Below the pieces are notes generated by a model. The model worked only from the letters and a program-made list of their open reading frames with translations, had not been told where the DNA came from and did not search any database. DNA of 64,000 bases, from positions 192,696 through 256,695 of the forward strand of contig CAWBPL010000002.1 of NCBI GenBank assembly GCA_963790805.1, read 5' to 3'. Of this stretch, positions 18,002 to 27,482 are shown piece by piece; the stretch's first letter is position 1; every line of letters begins with the position of its first letter. The position numbers and the translations under genes are program-made. The DNA is from Candidatus Gottesmanbacteria bacterium. GTDB lineage: Bacteria; Patescibacteriota; Microgenomatia; UBA10105; UBA927.

Positions 18002-20899
18002 TCAATTCCACGCTTCGCAAATAAGTCTGAATTCGCAAAAATCGCAGTGTTTCCCCGGAGTTGGGGCAAAATCGCTTCGCTCAATTTCAGCGGCTTTTGC
18101 GACTATATCTTTTTTTGCCTGTGCCAGTTCTTCTTTCGTCCGTGTTGCCGAAATTTTTTCCTGTCCTTCGAAAAAATAAAATGAGACGATTACTTTTTCC
18201 GGAGGTTTATGAAACATACCTCCGACCGACGCGCTTAGTGCATATACAGTTAACTGCGGATCTTTCGTGACATCCCGTGATTTTGGAGCAGTTCCTGTTT
18301 TATAATCAATAATTTCAAGTGTTCCGTCAGGATAAGTATCTATACGGTCAATTTTCCCGCCAAGAGTTAACGTTGGAGTAATTTTAATCTTGAATGGTTC
18401 TTCAAGCTTTGTCGGAATAATTTTTGGATTATACCCTTTTTCATAAAATTCACCTAAAAGTTCTTTTCCGTGTGCTTTCATTTTGGCTTCATATTGTTTG
18501 TCTCCATATCCTATCGATGACCAATGGTCATCCAACAAGTTAATGAGCGTTTGTTTCGCGGGATGATCTCCATTTCTCACCAGCTCATAAAACGCGCGCA
18601 CGGTTCTGTGAATTGTGTCGCCAAATGATAACGCCGCAGACGGCGGAACCGGAAGTTTTACAATATACCGGTATTTATACTGCAACGGACACGTGGTGAA
18701 TGTTGAAAGTTGTGAATAGGATAAAAAAGGAATATGTTGACGCACGCGTTTGTTTTCTTCATTCGTTTCATCTTTTTTCCAATCGAGAAAACTTAATTGC
18801 TTCGTTGTTGTCGATTCTTCGGGTTTGATATGTGATATATCACCCACGGCCTCGGAAATAAAAGGTGATAATTTTTTCTCCCGCTTGCCCTCTCCGTAAA
18901 ACTTTGCGCCCGTAAGATACAAAAGATCGCGCGCCCGTGTCATGCCGACGTAAAACAACCGCCGTTCTTCTTCCATGTGATAATCTCCACTCGGCAATAC
19001 TTCTTTAATGAGTTTTTCCGGAATGGGAATTTGCTCTTTGCGCTCTGTCGTCGGAAACCGTTGCGATACGAGATTCACCAAAAAAACGACTGGAAATTCC
19101 AAACCCTTCGCAGAGTGAATCGTCATAATGTTAACGGCGTTGTTTTCCCCCCAATCCGTATCGGTTGCAAGAGGGGATTCACCCAGATTCATCGAAAGAT
19201 CTATCCAGTCTACAATGGCAAAAACTCCTGCGTCCTCATGATCCACTTCATACGTTTTGAGTTTATTAAAAAATTTCGAAATGTTCCCCGCTATTTTTTC
19301 TTGCTTTACCGTTTTGTATTCCGCAAGCGTTTTCAGAAGCCCAGTCTCTTCCAAAAAATAATAAAGAATCTGTCCTGCCGTTTCTTTTTTGATAAGTCCT
19401 AGGTGCTTATGGATAAGCGAAACTATGTTTGCAATCTTTTTTTCCGAATCGTCGGAGACAAATGGTCTTGGATCAATATGACTTACCAATTTTTCGCACG
19501 ATTCAAAAAGAGATACACCATATTTTTTCGCGTAGTTGGATAAAGATGCAACATCGCGTGGCAATATATTTAGCCAATCCATCGTAAGCAGTCTGTACAT
19601 CGCAACACTGTCTTCAAAATTATACAGAACCTTGAGATATGCGATAAGGTCTTTCACTTCCGGCTGCCGAAAGAGCTGACCGGGCCCTAAAAATTGATAC
19701 GGTATTCCCGCCCGACCCAACGCGCGCGCAAACGGATCGGCATGGTTGTTCGCGCGGACTAATATAGCAACATCGGAATACGAATATTCTTTCTGCTCCT
19801 TCATAATCATAGCGATAGTTCTGGCTACCGATTCCGCCTCATTTTCTACGCGATCTGCGTACATAACGTGAATAGCTTCTCCGTTAACTCGCCTGAAACT
19901 ATCCAGTTTTTTATCAATTTTTTCCGCGACTTCTAAGCGGTCAGGGTTGTTGTGTTGTATAAGATCATACGAACGGTCAAGAATTTCTTTGGTCGAGCGA
20001 TAATTTTTTGTTAACACGATAATCTTGGCTTTCGGAAACGATTTCCGGAACTGAATCATGTTGGAAACTGCAGCTCCGCGCCAACGGTAGATTGCCTGAT
20101 CATCATCACCAACCACGGTAATATTTTTCCTTTTTCCTGCTAGAAGAATTGCGAGTTCATTTTGTGCAAAATTCGTATCCTGAAATTCGTCTATAAGAAT
20201 GTATTTGAATTGCTCCTGATATTTTTTAAGAATATTCGGTCGGGATCTGAAAATTTTCAATGTTAAACTGATTAAATCAGCGTAATCGCACACTCCTTCT
20301 TTTACCTTCAATTCCTCGTACGTTCTGTACGCGTTTGCGAGTTCTTCGTACTTTGCTTTTTCTTCTTTATCAAAACTTTTCTGTTTCTTAATCCAATAAA
20401 AATATTCCTGAGGAGTCGCATCTTCATCTCTCAACCTGCTGAAATGCTGCACCATGCCGTCAATAAATTTATTTGGATTTCCGTACGGCCGGAAATATTT
20501 GAGATTGAATCGGAAAATATTTTTCCGGAAAAAAAGTATGGTTTCCGCCTCTGTCATAAGCGTGTATCCCGGATCGATACCGATATTAATAGCTTCATTT
20601 CGAAGTATCCGGTCACAAAACGAATGGAACGTCGAAATCCACATCTGCGTAACGCCATAGGGCATAGCCATATCGACGCGTTCTTCCATTTCGCGGCTCG
20701 CCTTTTCCGTAAACGTCAGCGATAATATTTCCTGCGGAAGCGCTTTGCCGGAAGAAATGAGGTATTTGATGCGATCTGTAACCACAGTCGTTTTACCCGT
20801 CCCTGCTCCCGCGATAATCATTAACGGGCCTTCGCCATGTTCAATGGCTTTCCGCTGTTCCTGATTTAATGTCCGATCTTCAACTGATACCTTTGTCAC
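18002..20899 (-). CDS. UvrD-type helicase fused to a C-terminal PD-(D/E)XK (Cas4/AddB-like, 4-Cys) nuclease
   Basis: Helicase motifs are AGAGTGKTTVV, DEFQDTN, YRWRGA, NYRST and IMTIHSAKGLEFPVVF. The C-terminal 250 aa carry TCPLQYKYRY...IDRID...IIDYKTG...CDFCEFRLICE, a RecB-family nuclease with a Cys cluster. Confidence 0.8.
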   Translation of the reverse strand: MTKVSVEDRTLNQEQRKAIEHGEGPLMIIAGAGTGKTTVVTDRIKYLISSGKALPQEILSLTFTEKASREMEERVDMAMPYGVTQMWISTFHSFCDRILRNEAINIGIDPGYTLMTEAETILFFRKNIFRFNLKYFRPYGNPNKFIDGMVQHFSRLRDEDATPQEYFYWIKKQKSFDKEEKAKYEELANAYRTYEELKVKEGVCDYADLISLTLKIFRSRPNILKKYQEQFKYILIDEFQDTNFAQNELAILLAGKRKNITVVGDDDQAIYRWRGAAVSNMIQFRKSFPKAKIIVLTKNYRSTKEILDRSYDLIQHNNPDRLEVAEKIDKKLDSFRRVNGEAIHVMYADRVENEAESVARTIAMIMKEQKEYSYSDVAILVRANNHADPFARALGRAGIPYQFLGPGQLFRQPEVKDLIAYLKVLYNFEDSVAMYRLLTMDWLNILPRDVASLSNYAKKYGVSLFESCEKLVSHIDPRPFVSDDSEKKIANIVSLIHKHLGLIKKETAGQILYYFLEETGLLKTLAEYKTVKQEKIAGNISKFFNKLKTYEVDHEDAGVFAIVDWIDLSMNLGESPLATDTDWGENNAVNIMTIHSAKGLEFPVVFLVNLVSQRFPTTERKEQIPIPEKLIKEVLPSGDYHMEEERRLFYVGMTRARDLLYLTGAKFYGEGKREKKLSPFISEAVGDISHIKPEESTTTKQLSFLDWKKDETNEENKRVRQHIPFLSYSQLSTFTTCPLQYKYRYIVKLPVPPSAALSFGDTIHRTVRAFYELVRNGDHPAKQTLINLLDDHWSSIGYGDKQYEAKMKAHGKELLGEFYEKGYNPKIIPTKLEEPFKIKITPTLTLGGKIDRIDTYPDGTLEIIDYKTGTAPKSRDVTKDPQLTVYALSASVGGMFHKPPEKVIVSFYFFEGQEKISATRTKEELAQAKKDIVAKAAEIERSDFAPTPGKHCDFCEFRLICEAWN

Positions 20900-20947
20900 A
20901 GTGGGGATATTATATACCTTACATTTAACTCGTCTACTAAACGTGCT

Positions 20948-22153
20948 TCATTTATTGTGAGTGTTATAAAAACCGTCGACGTCGGAGGTTGAATTGTGTA
21001 TTTGCGTTGCGTGATCCATGATAAATTTTTTCCACTCATTAGCTAATGCAATAACGCCTTCTAGGCTATTTAGTTCGACGGTATCACCACGAACTGTATG
21101 ATTTTTCCGATCATACGGAACGATACAAACATAACTTTCGTCCCAAATACCAAAATCCGGTTCTATAATTTTTTCTTTTATATCATCATACAAACATAAA
21201 TATATATGTATGCCGGCGGCTAGATCGAGTTCTATTTGTTGCTTCCATAAAGGATTCTTAATATCAGAAAGCTTCTCTAATACAATTACCCGTGTAAAAT
21301 CTCCAATTCTTCTTGCTGCCCTACGCGCATCTTTCATATATTGGAGATTTGGATTCCAAAAAGATGATAATCCTGTAAAAGCTGTACAAAATCCGCTCTT
21401 TTCTAAATGACTAAAACGAAAAACTCCCTCACTTAATGCTTCTTGTGCTTTTAATTTAATGACTCCGCCCTTGGTAGCATGCATGTAATCAATCGCTCCG
21501 ACTTTCTGTCGGAGAGCAAGATAACGCTGGAAAAGAGTCAGGTCGAGCCGAGTAAGGCAAAGATCTAAGACAAGCGGGAATTCATTCAAATTCACCTCAC
21601 TATTCATATGGCCCGCTCTTTTTACAAGTATCATTGAACTATTAAGAGCATTGCCAAACAATTGTGAGTGATTTTTTGATACGTATGGGTCGGTATCAGA
21701 ATACAGAACATATGATACCGGAATTGATTTTTTTAATTCTTCAAAATCGAAATCCGTTTTGTAAAAACTACTATTTACAATATCAAATTGCCAAAATTTT
21801 TTCGATTTTACCGGATCCATAAACGGGCTAACAAAAATCGCACTATCTAACTGAAGATGAAAATGCTCCACTGCATGTAAAATAAATACGGGACCTAATG
21901 AATGTCCAATAAAACACAACTTTTCTCCTTTATGAAAAGACTTAACAATAGGCTCCAACACTGCCAACCAGTTGGCGAGCGTTTGTTTCTTCGCTACGAT
22001 GCCAGGTCCAGCCTTCGTTAGCTCGTCCCAAGATTCAACAGGAAATTGAGGTACAATGACTGTTTGACCGAGTGACTCAAGTTTATCTTTCAATTCCGGA
22101 AACCAGTTACCCTCTGGACTTCCGAATGCTCCATGGATTAGTACGAATTTCAT
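20948..22153 (-). CDS. Fusion protein: N-terminal alpha/beta serine hydrolase (YdeN/RBBP9-like) plus an uncharacterised C-terminal domain
   Basis: Start trimmed to MKFVLIHGAFGSPEGNWFP. The nucleophile elbow is FIGHSLG. The C-terminal ~200 aa (..PDFGIWDESYVCIVPYD..) have no function I can assign. Confidence 0.55.
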   Translation of the reverse strand: MKFVLIHGAFGSPEGNWFPELKDKLESLGQTVIVPQFPVESWDELTKAGPGIVAKKQTLANWLAVLEPIVKSFHKGEKLCFIGHSLGPVFILHAVEHFHLQLDSAIFVSPFMDPVKSKKFWQFDIVNSSFYKTDFDFEELKKSIPVSYVLYSDTDPYVSKNHSQLFGNALNSSMILVKRAGHMNSEVNLNEFPLVLDLCLTRLDLTLFQRYLALRQKVGAIDYMHATKGGVIKLKAQEALSEGVFRFSHLEKSGFCTAFTGLSSFWNPNLQYMKDARRAARRIGDFTRVIVLEKLSDIKNPLWKQQIELDLAAGIHIYLCLYDDIKEKIIEPDFGIWDESYVCIVPYDRKNHTVRGDTVELNSLEGVIALANEWKKFIMDHATQIHNSTSDVDGFYNTHNK

Positions 22154-22169
22154 ATATGTATTTATTGTA

Positions 22170-23189
22170 TCACTCTTCTTTTGCATCGCCATGCAAGAGG
22201 TGAGTGCTTTCTATTTTTTGTCCGAGTACCTGAAATGCACCTGTTACCGAACTCATACTATTATAGGCATTACTCACGTGTTTATTAAGAACGCCGAGAT
22301 TTTCTTCAACTTTTGCGTAATCTTTTTGTATAGCCCGAAGAAGCCGGAAGACTTCGCGGGATTTTTGTTCAAGATCCTTCCCCTGAAAACTCAAAAGCAA
22401 TACCTGCAAATGTGCATAGAGCGTGTTAGGAGAAACCGGATACACTCGAAGGCCGCGCGCAAATTCCATAAGTTCGTTCATATTGGCTATTTCGTAGTAA
22501 ACCGATTCCGACGGGATATACATAAGCGCGAAATCGAGCGTTCCTTCTTCCGGCAAGATATATTTTTTACTAATATCATTAATATGTTTTTTGACGTCCG
22601 CGACAAAATCCCGTTTCGCCTGATTTCGTATAATTTCCGTTTCGCCGTTATGCATAATCGTAAAATTTTCCATGGGAAATTTGGAATCTATGCATAAAAG
22701 TCCCGCGTCTGTTTTTAAAACCGCATCAACTTTAACACCGGATTTAAAAGGATATTGTAGATGGAACGAATTTTTCGGAAACGTCTGACCGATCATATCT
22801 TTCAGTACCTGTTCGCCGATGTTTCCGCGCAGTTTCGGCGACTGCAAAAATTCCTGAAGACTTCTGATGCCGCGGCCGACTTCCGACATCTCGCCGACGT
22901 TTTTATTTAACGCACCGATCACGCGTGCCGCTTCATCAAGGCGTTCATTAAGCTGCCGGGAATTTGATTGAAGAGTCCTTGTCATTTCAACAGTGGATCC
23001 GCGCATGGCATCGTTGAGCGTTTTATTCGTATGCTCAATCGTCGTCTGCATGCTTTTCAACCATTCAACCAAGGCGACGTCATCAGTTTTTTTCAGTTTG
23101 GATAATTCATTTTTCAAAATCCACGCCAGAACGGAAAACCCCAAAAGAATCACGAGAATAATGACAATAAAATCCGGCTGCATAAGCAT
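22170..23189 (-). CDS. rmuC: DNA recombination protein RmuC
   Basis: N-terminal TM and coiled-coil, then VDAVLKTDAGLLCIDSKFP, FALMYIPSESVYYE and VYPVSPNTLYAHLQ. These are RmuC nuclease-like core motifs. Confidence 0.85.
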   Translation of the reverse strand: MLMQPDFIVIILVILLGFSVLAWILKNELSKLKKTDDVALVEWLKSMQTTIEHTNKTLNDAMRGSTVEMTRTLQSNSRQLNERLDEAARVIGALNKNVGEMSEVGRGIRSLQEFLQSPKLRGNIGEQVLKDMIGQTFPKNSFHLQYPFKSGVKVDAVLKTDAGLLCIDSKFPMENFTIMHNGETEIIRNQAKRDFVADVKKHINDISKKYILPEEGTLDFALMYIPSESVYYEIANMNELMEFARGLRVYPVSPNTLYAHLQVLLLSFQGKDLEQKSREVFRLLRAIQKDYAKVEENLGVLNKHVSNAYNSMSSVTGAFQVLGQKIESTHLLHGDAKEE

Positions 23190-23262
23190 GGCAACAATAA
23201 CACAAATCGGTTTCTCTGTACAAACGTATCGACTGATAGATAAATATGGTACGCTAAAAGTT

Positions 23263-23598
23263 ATGAGACAGTTTCTTTCTCACACACATCTCCAACAAAC
23301 ACAACATAATGTCATATGGATTATTGTCGGGATTTGCAGCTTAAGCGGCTTAGGATGGCTGATAAACACTTTGGATCCAAATTATCTCCAATCGCTTATA
23401 CTTTTTTTTACTATTCTTTTCGTAACGGTGTTCAGCATCACGATGTTTATTACAAATATTGTGCGACGTTCTGTTTTACTGGGTAGTGGGGTATTCGTCT
23501 TTTTTCTCCTCCGGTTTTTAGGCCTTCGGGAACCAGTATATATAATATTGTTAGCGCTCTCGCTCGTTTCCCTTGAGCTCTATCTTCAAAAACGGTAA
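23263..23598 (+). CDS. Small multi-pass membrane protein (start uncertain)
   Basis: Only the distal part of ORF 22993-23598 lies outside rmuC. It encodes 3 hydrophobic helices (VIWIIVGICSLSGLGWL, LILFFTILFVTVFSITMFI, LLGSGVFVFFLLRFL). Confidence 0.35.
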   Translation: MRQFLSHTHLQQTQHNVIWIIVGICSLSGLGWLINTLDPNYLQSLILFFTILFVTVFSITMFITNIVRRSVLLGSGVFVFFLLRFLGLREPVYIILLALSLVSLELYLQKR

Positions 23599-23669
23599 AA
23601 ATGCACCGCACGCTTATCCACAACCGTATAATTGTGGATTTCGCTCTCTTGAATTAGAATAAGCCTCAT

Positions 23670-25112
23670 ATGGCCAAGTTCTACATCACATGCTCTATCC
23701 CCTACGTCAATGCGGCTCCTCATATTGGTCACGCGATGGAATTCGTTGAGGGCGATACGATCGCCCGCTATCACAAACTCTTGGGAGAAGAAACGCTTCT
23801 TTTGTCCGGCGGCGATGAAAACGCGCTGAAAAATGTACAAGCAGCAGAGAAAGCGCGTATCCCCGTCAAAAAATTTATTGATGACAATACCCAAAAGTTT
23901 TTTGAATTAACCAAAGCATTACATTGTGATTTTGATGTCTGGCAAAAAGGAAGCGACGTCAAGCATCACTTTAAAGCGAGTCAAAAACTCTGGGAATTAT
24001 GCAAAAAAGATATTTATAAAAAATCCTATGAAGGATTATATTGCGTCGGGTGCGAAGCGTTTTATACAAAAGATGAACTCAACGAAAACGGCGAATGTTT
24101 CGAACATCCCGGCAAAAAATTGGAAACCGTTAAAGAAGAAAATTATTTTTTCCGTCTTTCAAAATATCAAAAACAATTAATAGATCTTCTTTCGACTGAT
24201 ACAATCAAAATCATTCCGGAATTCCGGAAAAATGAAATCATATCATTTCTCAAACAACAGCTTCTTGATATAAGTGTTTCACGGAGTAACGCCAGGGCAA
24301 AAAATTGGGGCGTCCCTGTTCCCGACGACCCCACGCAGCGTATGTATGTCTGGTTTGACGCGTTAAATATTTACCAAAGTGGTGTCGGGTTTGGATGGGA
24401 TGACAAACAGTACAACAAATGGTGGCCGGCTGACGTCCACGTAATCGGCAAAGGCATAAACCGGTTTCATTCGATTTACTGGCCGGCATTTTTGTTATCC
24501 GCAGGACTTAAACTTCCAAAAGCAATTTTCGTGCACGGATATTTTACCGTCAACGGGCAGAAAATGAGCAAAACCCTCGGCAATGTTATCGACCCCGCTG
24601 AATTGATTAAAAAATACGGCGCAGATCCACTGCGATATTATCTTTTGCGCGAAATTCCGCCAACCAGCGACGGCGATTTTTCAGAAAAAAGATTTAAAGA
24701 TCTTTATAATGCAGATTTAGCTAATGGGCTTGGTAACCTTGTTGCCAGAGTCGCCAGACTTTGCGAAACGAGTAAATTCGCTTTTCCTCCTAAAAAACAT
24801 TCTTGGATTCCAGAATCTTTATTATCAGAAGAACTATCAAAATATCGATTCGATAAAGCGCTTGAACTTTTATGGATAGGGGTTGAAACGGCAAGTTCTG
24901 TTACATCTCTTAATAAATTAATAGATGAAAAGAAACCATGGGGTCTTACAGGAGATGAATTAATGAAAACATTAAGCTTTTTGGTCGAGGAAATTCGTGG
25001 GGTCGCCACTGAGCTTCAACCTTTTCTCCCTGACACCGCGCAAAAAATTCTTGATCAATTCAAAGGACCGACTATTAAAGCGCAACCGCCATTATTCCCG
25101 CGCATTGTTTAA
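23670..25112 (+). CDS. metG: Methionyl-tRNA synthetase (short form without a C-terminal appendix)
   Basis: SIPYVNAAPHIGHAME is the HIGH motif, a Cys-containing zinc knuckle CVGCEAFY...C is present, and KMSKTLGN is the KMSKS motif. Confidence 0.9.
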   Translation: MAKFYITCSIPYVNAAPHIGHAMEFVEGDTIARYHKLLGEETLLLSGGDENALKNVQAAEKARIPVKKFIDDNTQKFFELTKALHCDFDVWQKGSDVKHHFKASQKLWELCKKDIYKKSYEGLYCVGCEAFYTKDELNENGECFEHPGKKLETVKEENYFFRLSKYQKQLIDLLSTDTIKIIPEFRKNEIISFLKQQLLDISVSRSNARAKNWGVPVPDDPTQRMYVWFDALNIYQSGVGFGWDDKQYNKWWPADVHVIGKGINRFHSIYWPAFLLSAGLKLPKAIFVHGYFTVNGQKMSKTLGNVIDPAELIKKYGADPLRYYLLREIPPTSDGDFSEKRFKDLYNADLANGLGNLVARVARLCETSKFAFPPKKHSWIPESLLSEELSKYRFDKALELLWIGVETASSVTSLNKLIDEKKPWGLTGDELMKTLSFLVEEIRGVATELQPFLPDTAQKILDQFKGPTIKAQPPLFPRIV

Positions 25113-25122
25113 TGCGATAACT

Positions 25123-25896
25123 ATGTTTATCGATACACACTGTCACCTCATGTTCGAACAGTTTGATGCTGACCGCCCGATGGTTGTCGGCAATGCGAAG
25201 AAAGTCGGCGTCAAACACTTTATAACACCGGGTGTCGACGCATATTCTTCCAAACAAGCCGTAGAGCTAGCACATAAATATCCAGGCGTTATTTTTGCAA
25301 GTATCGGATTTCATCCATATGAAGCAAGCCATAACCCAGATCTATCGGTCTTAGAAAAATTAAGAAACCCGTCAGTTGTAGCTGTCGGAGAATGCGGATT
25401 GGATTATCACTTGTTTAAAGGTGAGGTTGCGTCCGGCAAAAAACAGGAACAGAAGATATTGTTTGAAGAACAGCTCCGTTTTGCGCTCAAGTATAATCTT
25501 CCGGCTATTATGCACTGCCGCGATGCATATGAGGACTTCTTTCAGGTGCTCGATAGTTTACCCCAAGGCCTCCGAGGGGTGATTCATTGTTTTTCCGGCG
25601 GGCTTGAGGATTTGCGCGAAGCGAAACGCCGGAATTTTTTTGTCGGCATCGACGGAAACGTCACGTATTCCAAACGATTAGCGCTTATCGTACCCCAAAT
25701 TCCCCTTTCTATGCTTCTTTTGGAAACCGATTCACCATATCTCACCCCCATCCCCCATCGCGGACAACGGAATGAACCAAAACACATTCCTCTTATTGCG
25801 AAAAAAATTGCGGAACTTATGAATATGCCGGTTTCAGATATAGAAACGCAAACAACCCACAATGCTGAAACAGTATTCTCTTTTACCCACCTGTAA
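25123..25896 (+). CDS. tatD: TatD-family metal-dependent hydrolase
   Basis: Start trimmed to MFIDTHCHL. VAVGECGLDY, IMHCRDA, VIHCFSG and ETDSPYLTP are TatD signatures. Confidence 0.85.
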   Translation: MFIDTHCHLMFEQFDADRPMVVGNAKKVGVKHFITPGVDAYSSKQAVELAHKYPGVIFASIGFHPYEASHNPDLSVLEKLRNPSVVAVGECGLDYHLFKGEVASGKKQEQKILFEEQLRFALKYNLPAIMHCRDAYEDFFQVLDSLPQGLRGVIHCFSGGLEDLREAKRRNFFVGIDGNVTYSKRLALIVPQIPLSMLLLETDSPYLTPIPHRGQRNEPKHIPLIAKKIAELMNMPVSDIETQTTHNAETVFSFTHL

Positions 25897-25966
25897 ACTC
25901 CGTTTCTTGTGCATGACAACCGTGCTATAATAAAAAGGCGAAGATATATCAATTTAGGTCGATTTT

Positions 25967-27388
25967 ATGCGCCAATTATTAAACCGCTATCCGGAAAAAT
26001 TTACCCGAGGATTGGAGATAGCCGTTTCAAGTTTATCGTGGATTCTTATCACCATGCCGCTTTGGCTTTCTTTCTGGCATCCGGCGCTTGTTGCATACCT
26101 TATCATAACGTTTGATGTATTCTGGTTTTATAAATCGTTTACTCTCGCATTTAATGCCATACAGTCATTTGTGACACTTAATGCTCACGTCAAAATTGAT
26201 TGGCTCGGATTAACAAAAAACCAACCGCATTTTGATGAATTACATCATGTCATCGTTATTCCCGAATATCATGAACCTATCCATATACTGCGAAGAACAC
26301 TTCAAAACCTCGTCAATCAGGATTTTCCGAAACAAAAAATCATCGTGGTTTTAGCCACAGAAGCCAAAGATCCGGATGCTGTAGAAACGTCCGAACAACT
26401 ACAGAAAGAATTTGCGAATCAATTTGGAAAGTTTATCGTAACGAGACATGTTTTAAAACCGGGAGAAGTTGCGGGAAAATCTTCTAACATGGCATGGGCC
26501 TCAAGACAAGTCGTAAAAAAACTGAACGCGTGGCATATACCGATTACCTATATCACCATGACGTCATGCGACGCTGATGCGCTTCTTCATCCGAAATATT
26601 TTTCTTACCTAGCTCATCTCTTCTTAGCGGACGATGAACGCATGTATCATTTTTATCAGGGCGCAATTCTTTTTTACAACAACATCTGGCGTATCCCTCT
26701 GCCGAGCCGCGTCGTCAATACAATGTTTAGCATCTCAAACCTCGCTCTTCTTTCTCAAAAAAGCAAACTTATCAATTTTTCAACGTACTCGCTGTCTCTT
26801 GCGACCGTCGTGAAGGTTGGATACTGGGACTCAAATATCATTCCTGAAGATTATCACATGTTTTTTAAGGTGTACTTTGCCTTGGGAGAAAAAGTCCGCA
26901 CAAAAAGTATTTTTTTGCCGCTCCTTTTAGATTCTGCAGAGAGTCGCGGATTCTGGCGAACAATGATTAATCAGTATGAACAATCAAAACGTTGGGCATG
27001 GGGCATTTCCGATATTCCGTTCGTTCTGCAAAGCGCTATGATCCATAACGAAATACCGCGTACAGATCGCCTACGCCGAGTCACGCAGCTTCTTGAACAA
27101 CACGTATTCTGGCCGTCAAACTGGTTTATTTTAACGATCGGCAGCGTTTTGCCGCCGCTGATTAATCAGGCATTCGCACGAACCGTCTTAGGACATAATT
27201 TGGCGCAGTTATCATCAGGAATTTTAACTCTTTCGATGATTTTTCTGCTTATTATCATAATCCTCGATTGGCGTACAAAACCTCCCCGACCAAAGGAATT
27301 TGCCACATGGAGACTTCCGTTTCTTTATATACAATGGTTAACGGTCCCGTTTGTTTCTTTCTTTCTTTCAGCGCTTCCCGGGACTTGA
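25967..27388 (+). CDS. Membrane-embedded processive family-2 glycosyltransferase
   Basis: VIVIPEYHEP...NLVNQDFP, TSCDADA (DxD) and EQSKRWAWG (QxxRW), flanked by TM helices. See findings for a possible +1 frameshift at the 3' end. Confidence 0.75.
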   Translation: MRQLLNRYPEKFTRGLEIAVSSLSWILITMPLWLSFWHPALVAYLIITFDVFWFYKSFTLAFNAIQSFVTLNAHVKIDWLGLTKNQPHFDELHHVIVIPEYHEPIHILRRTLQNLVNQDFPKQKIIVVLATEAKDPDAVETSEQLQKEFANQFGKFIVTRHVLKPGEVAGKSSNMAWASRQVVKKLNAWHIPITYITMTSCDADALLHPKYFSYLAHLFLADDERMYHFYQGAILFYNNIWRIPLPSRVVNTMFSISNLALLSQKSKLINFSTYSLSLATVVKVGYWDSNIIPEDYHMFFKVYFALGEKVRTKSIFLPLLLDSAESRGFWRTMINQYEQSKRWAWGISDIPFVLQSAMIHNEIPRTDRLRRVTQLLEQHVFWPSNWFILTIGSVLPPLINQAFARTVLGHNLAQLSSGILTLSMIFLLIIIILDWRTKPPRPKEFATWRLPFLYIQWLTVPFVSFFLSALPGT

Positions 27389-27482
27389 TGCGCATACGCG
27401 CATGATCCTGGGTAAACGATTGGAATACCGCGTGACAGAAAAGGTATAATAACTACAAAGGTGTATTCCAATCCGTGTCTCT

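Noticed and set aside
22993-23262. The upstream two-fifths of ORF 22993-23598.
   Set aside because: It overlaps the rmuC 5' region on the opposite strand. Only the distal TM-rich part beyond rmuC is plausible as coding.
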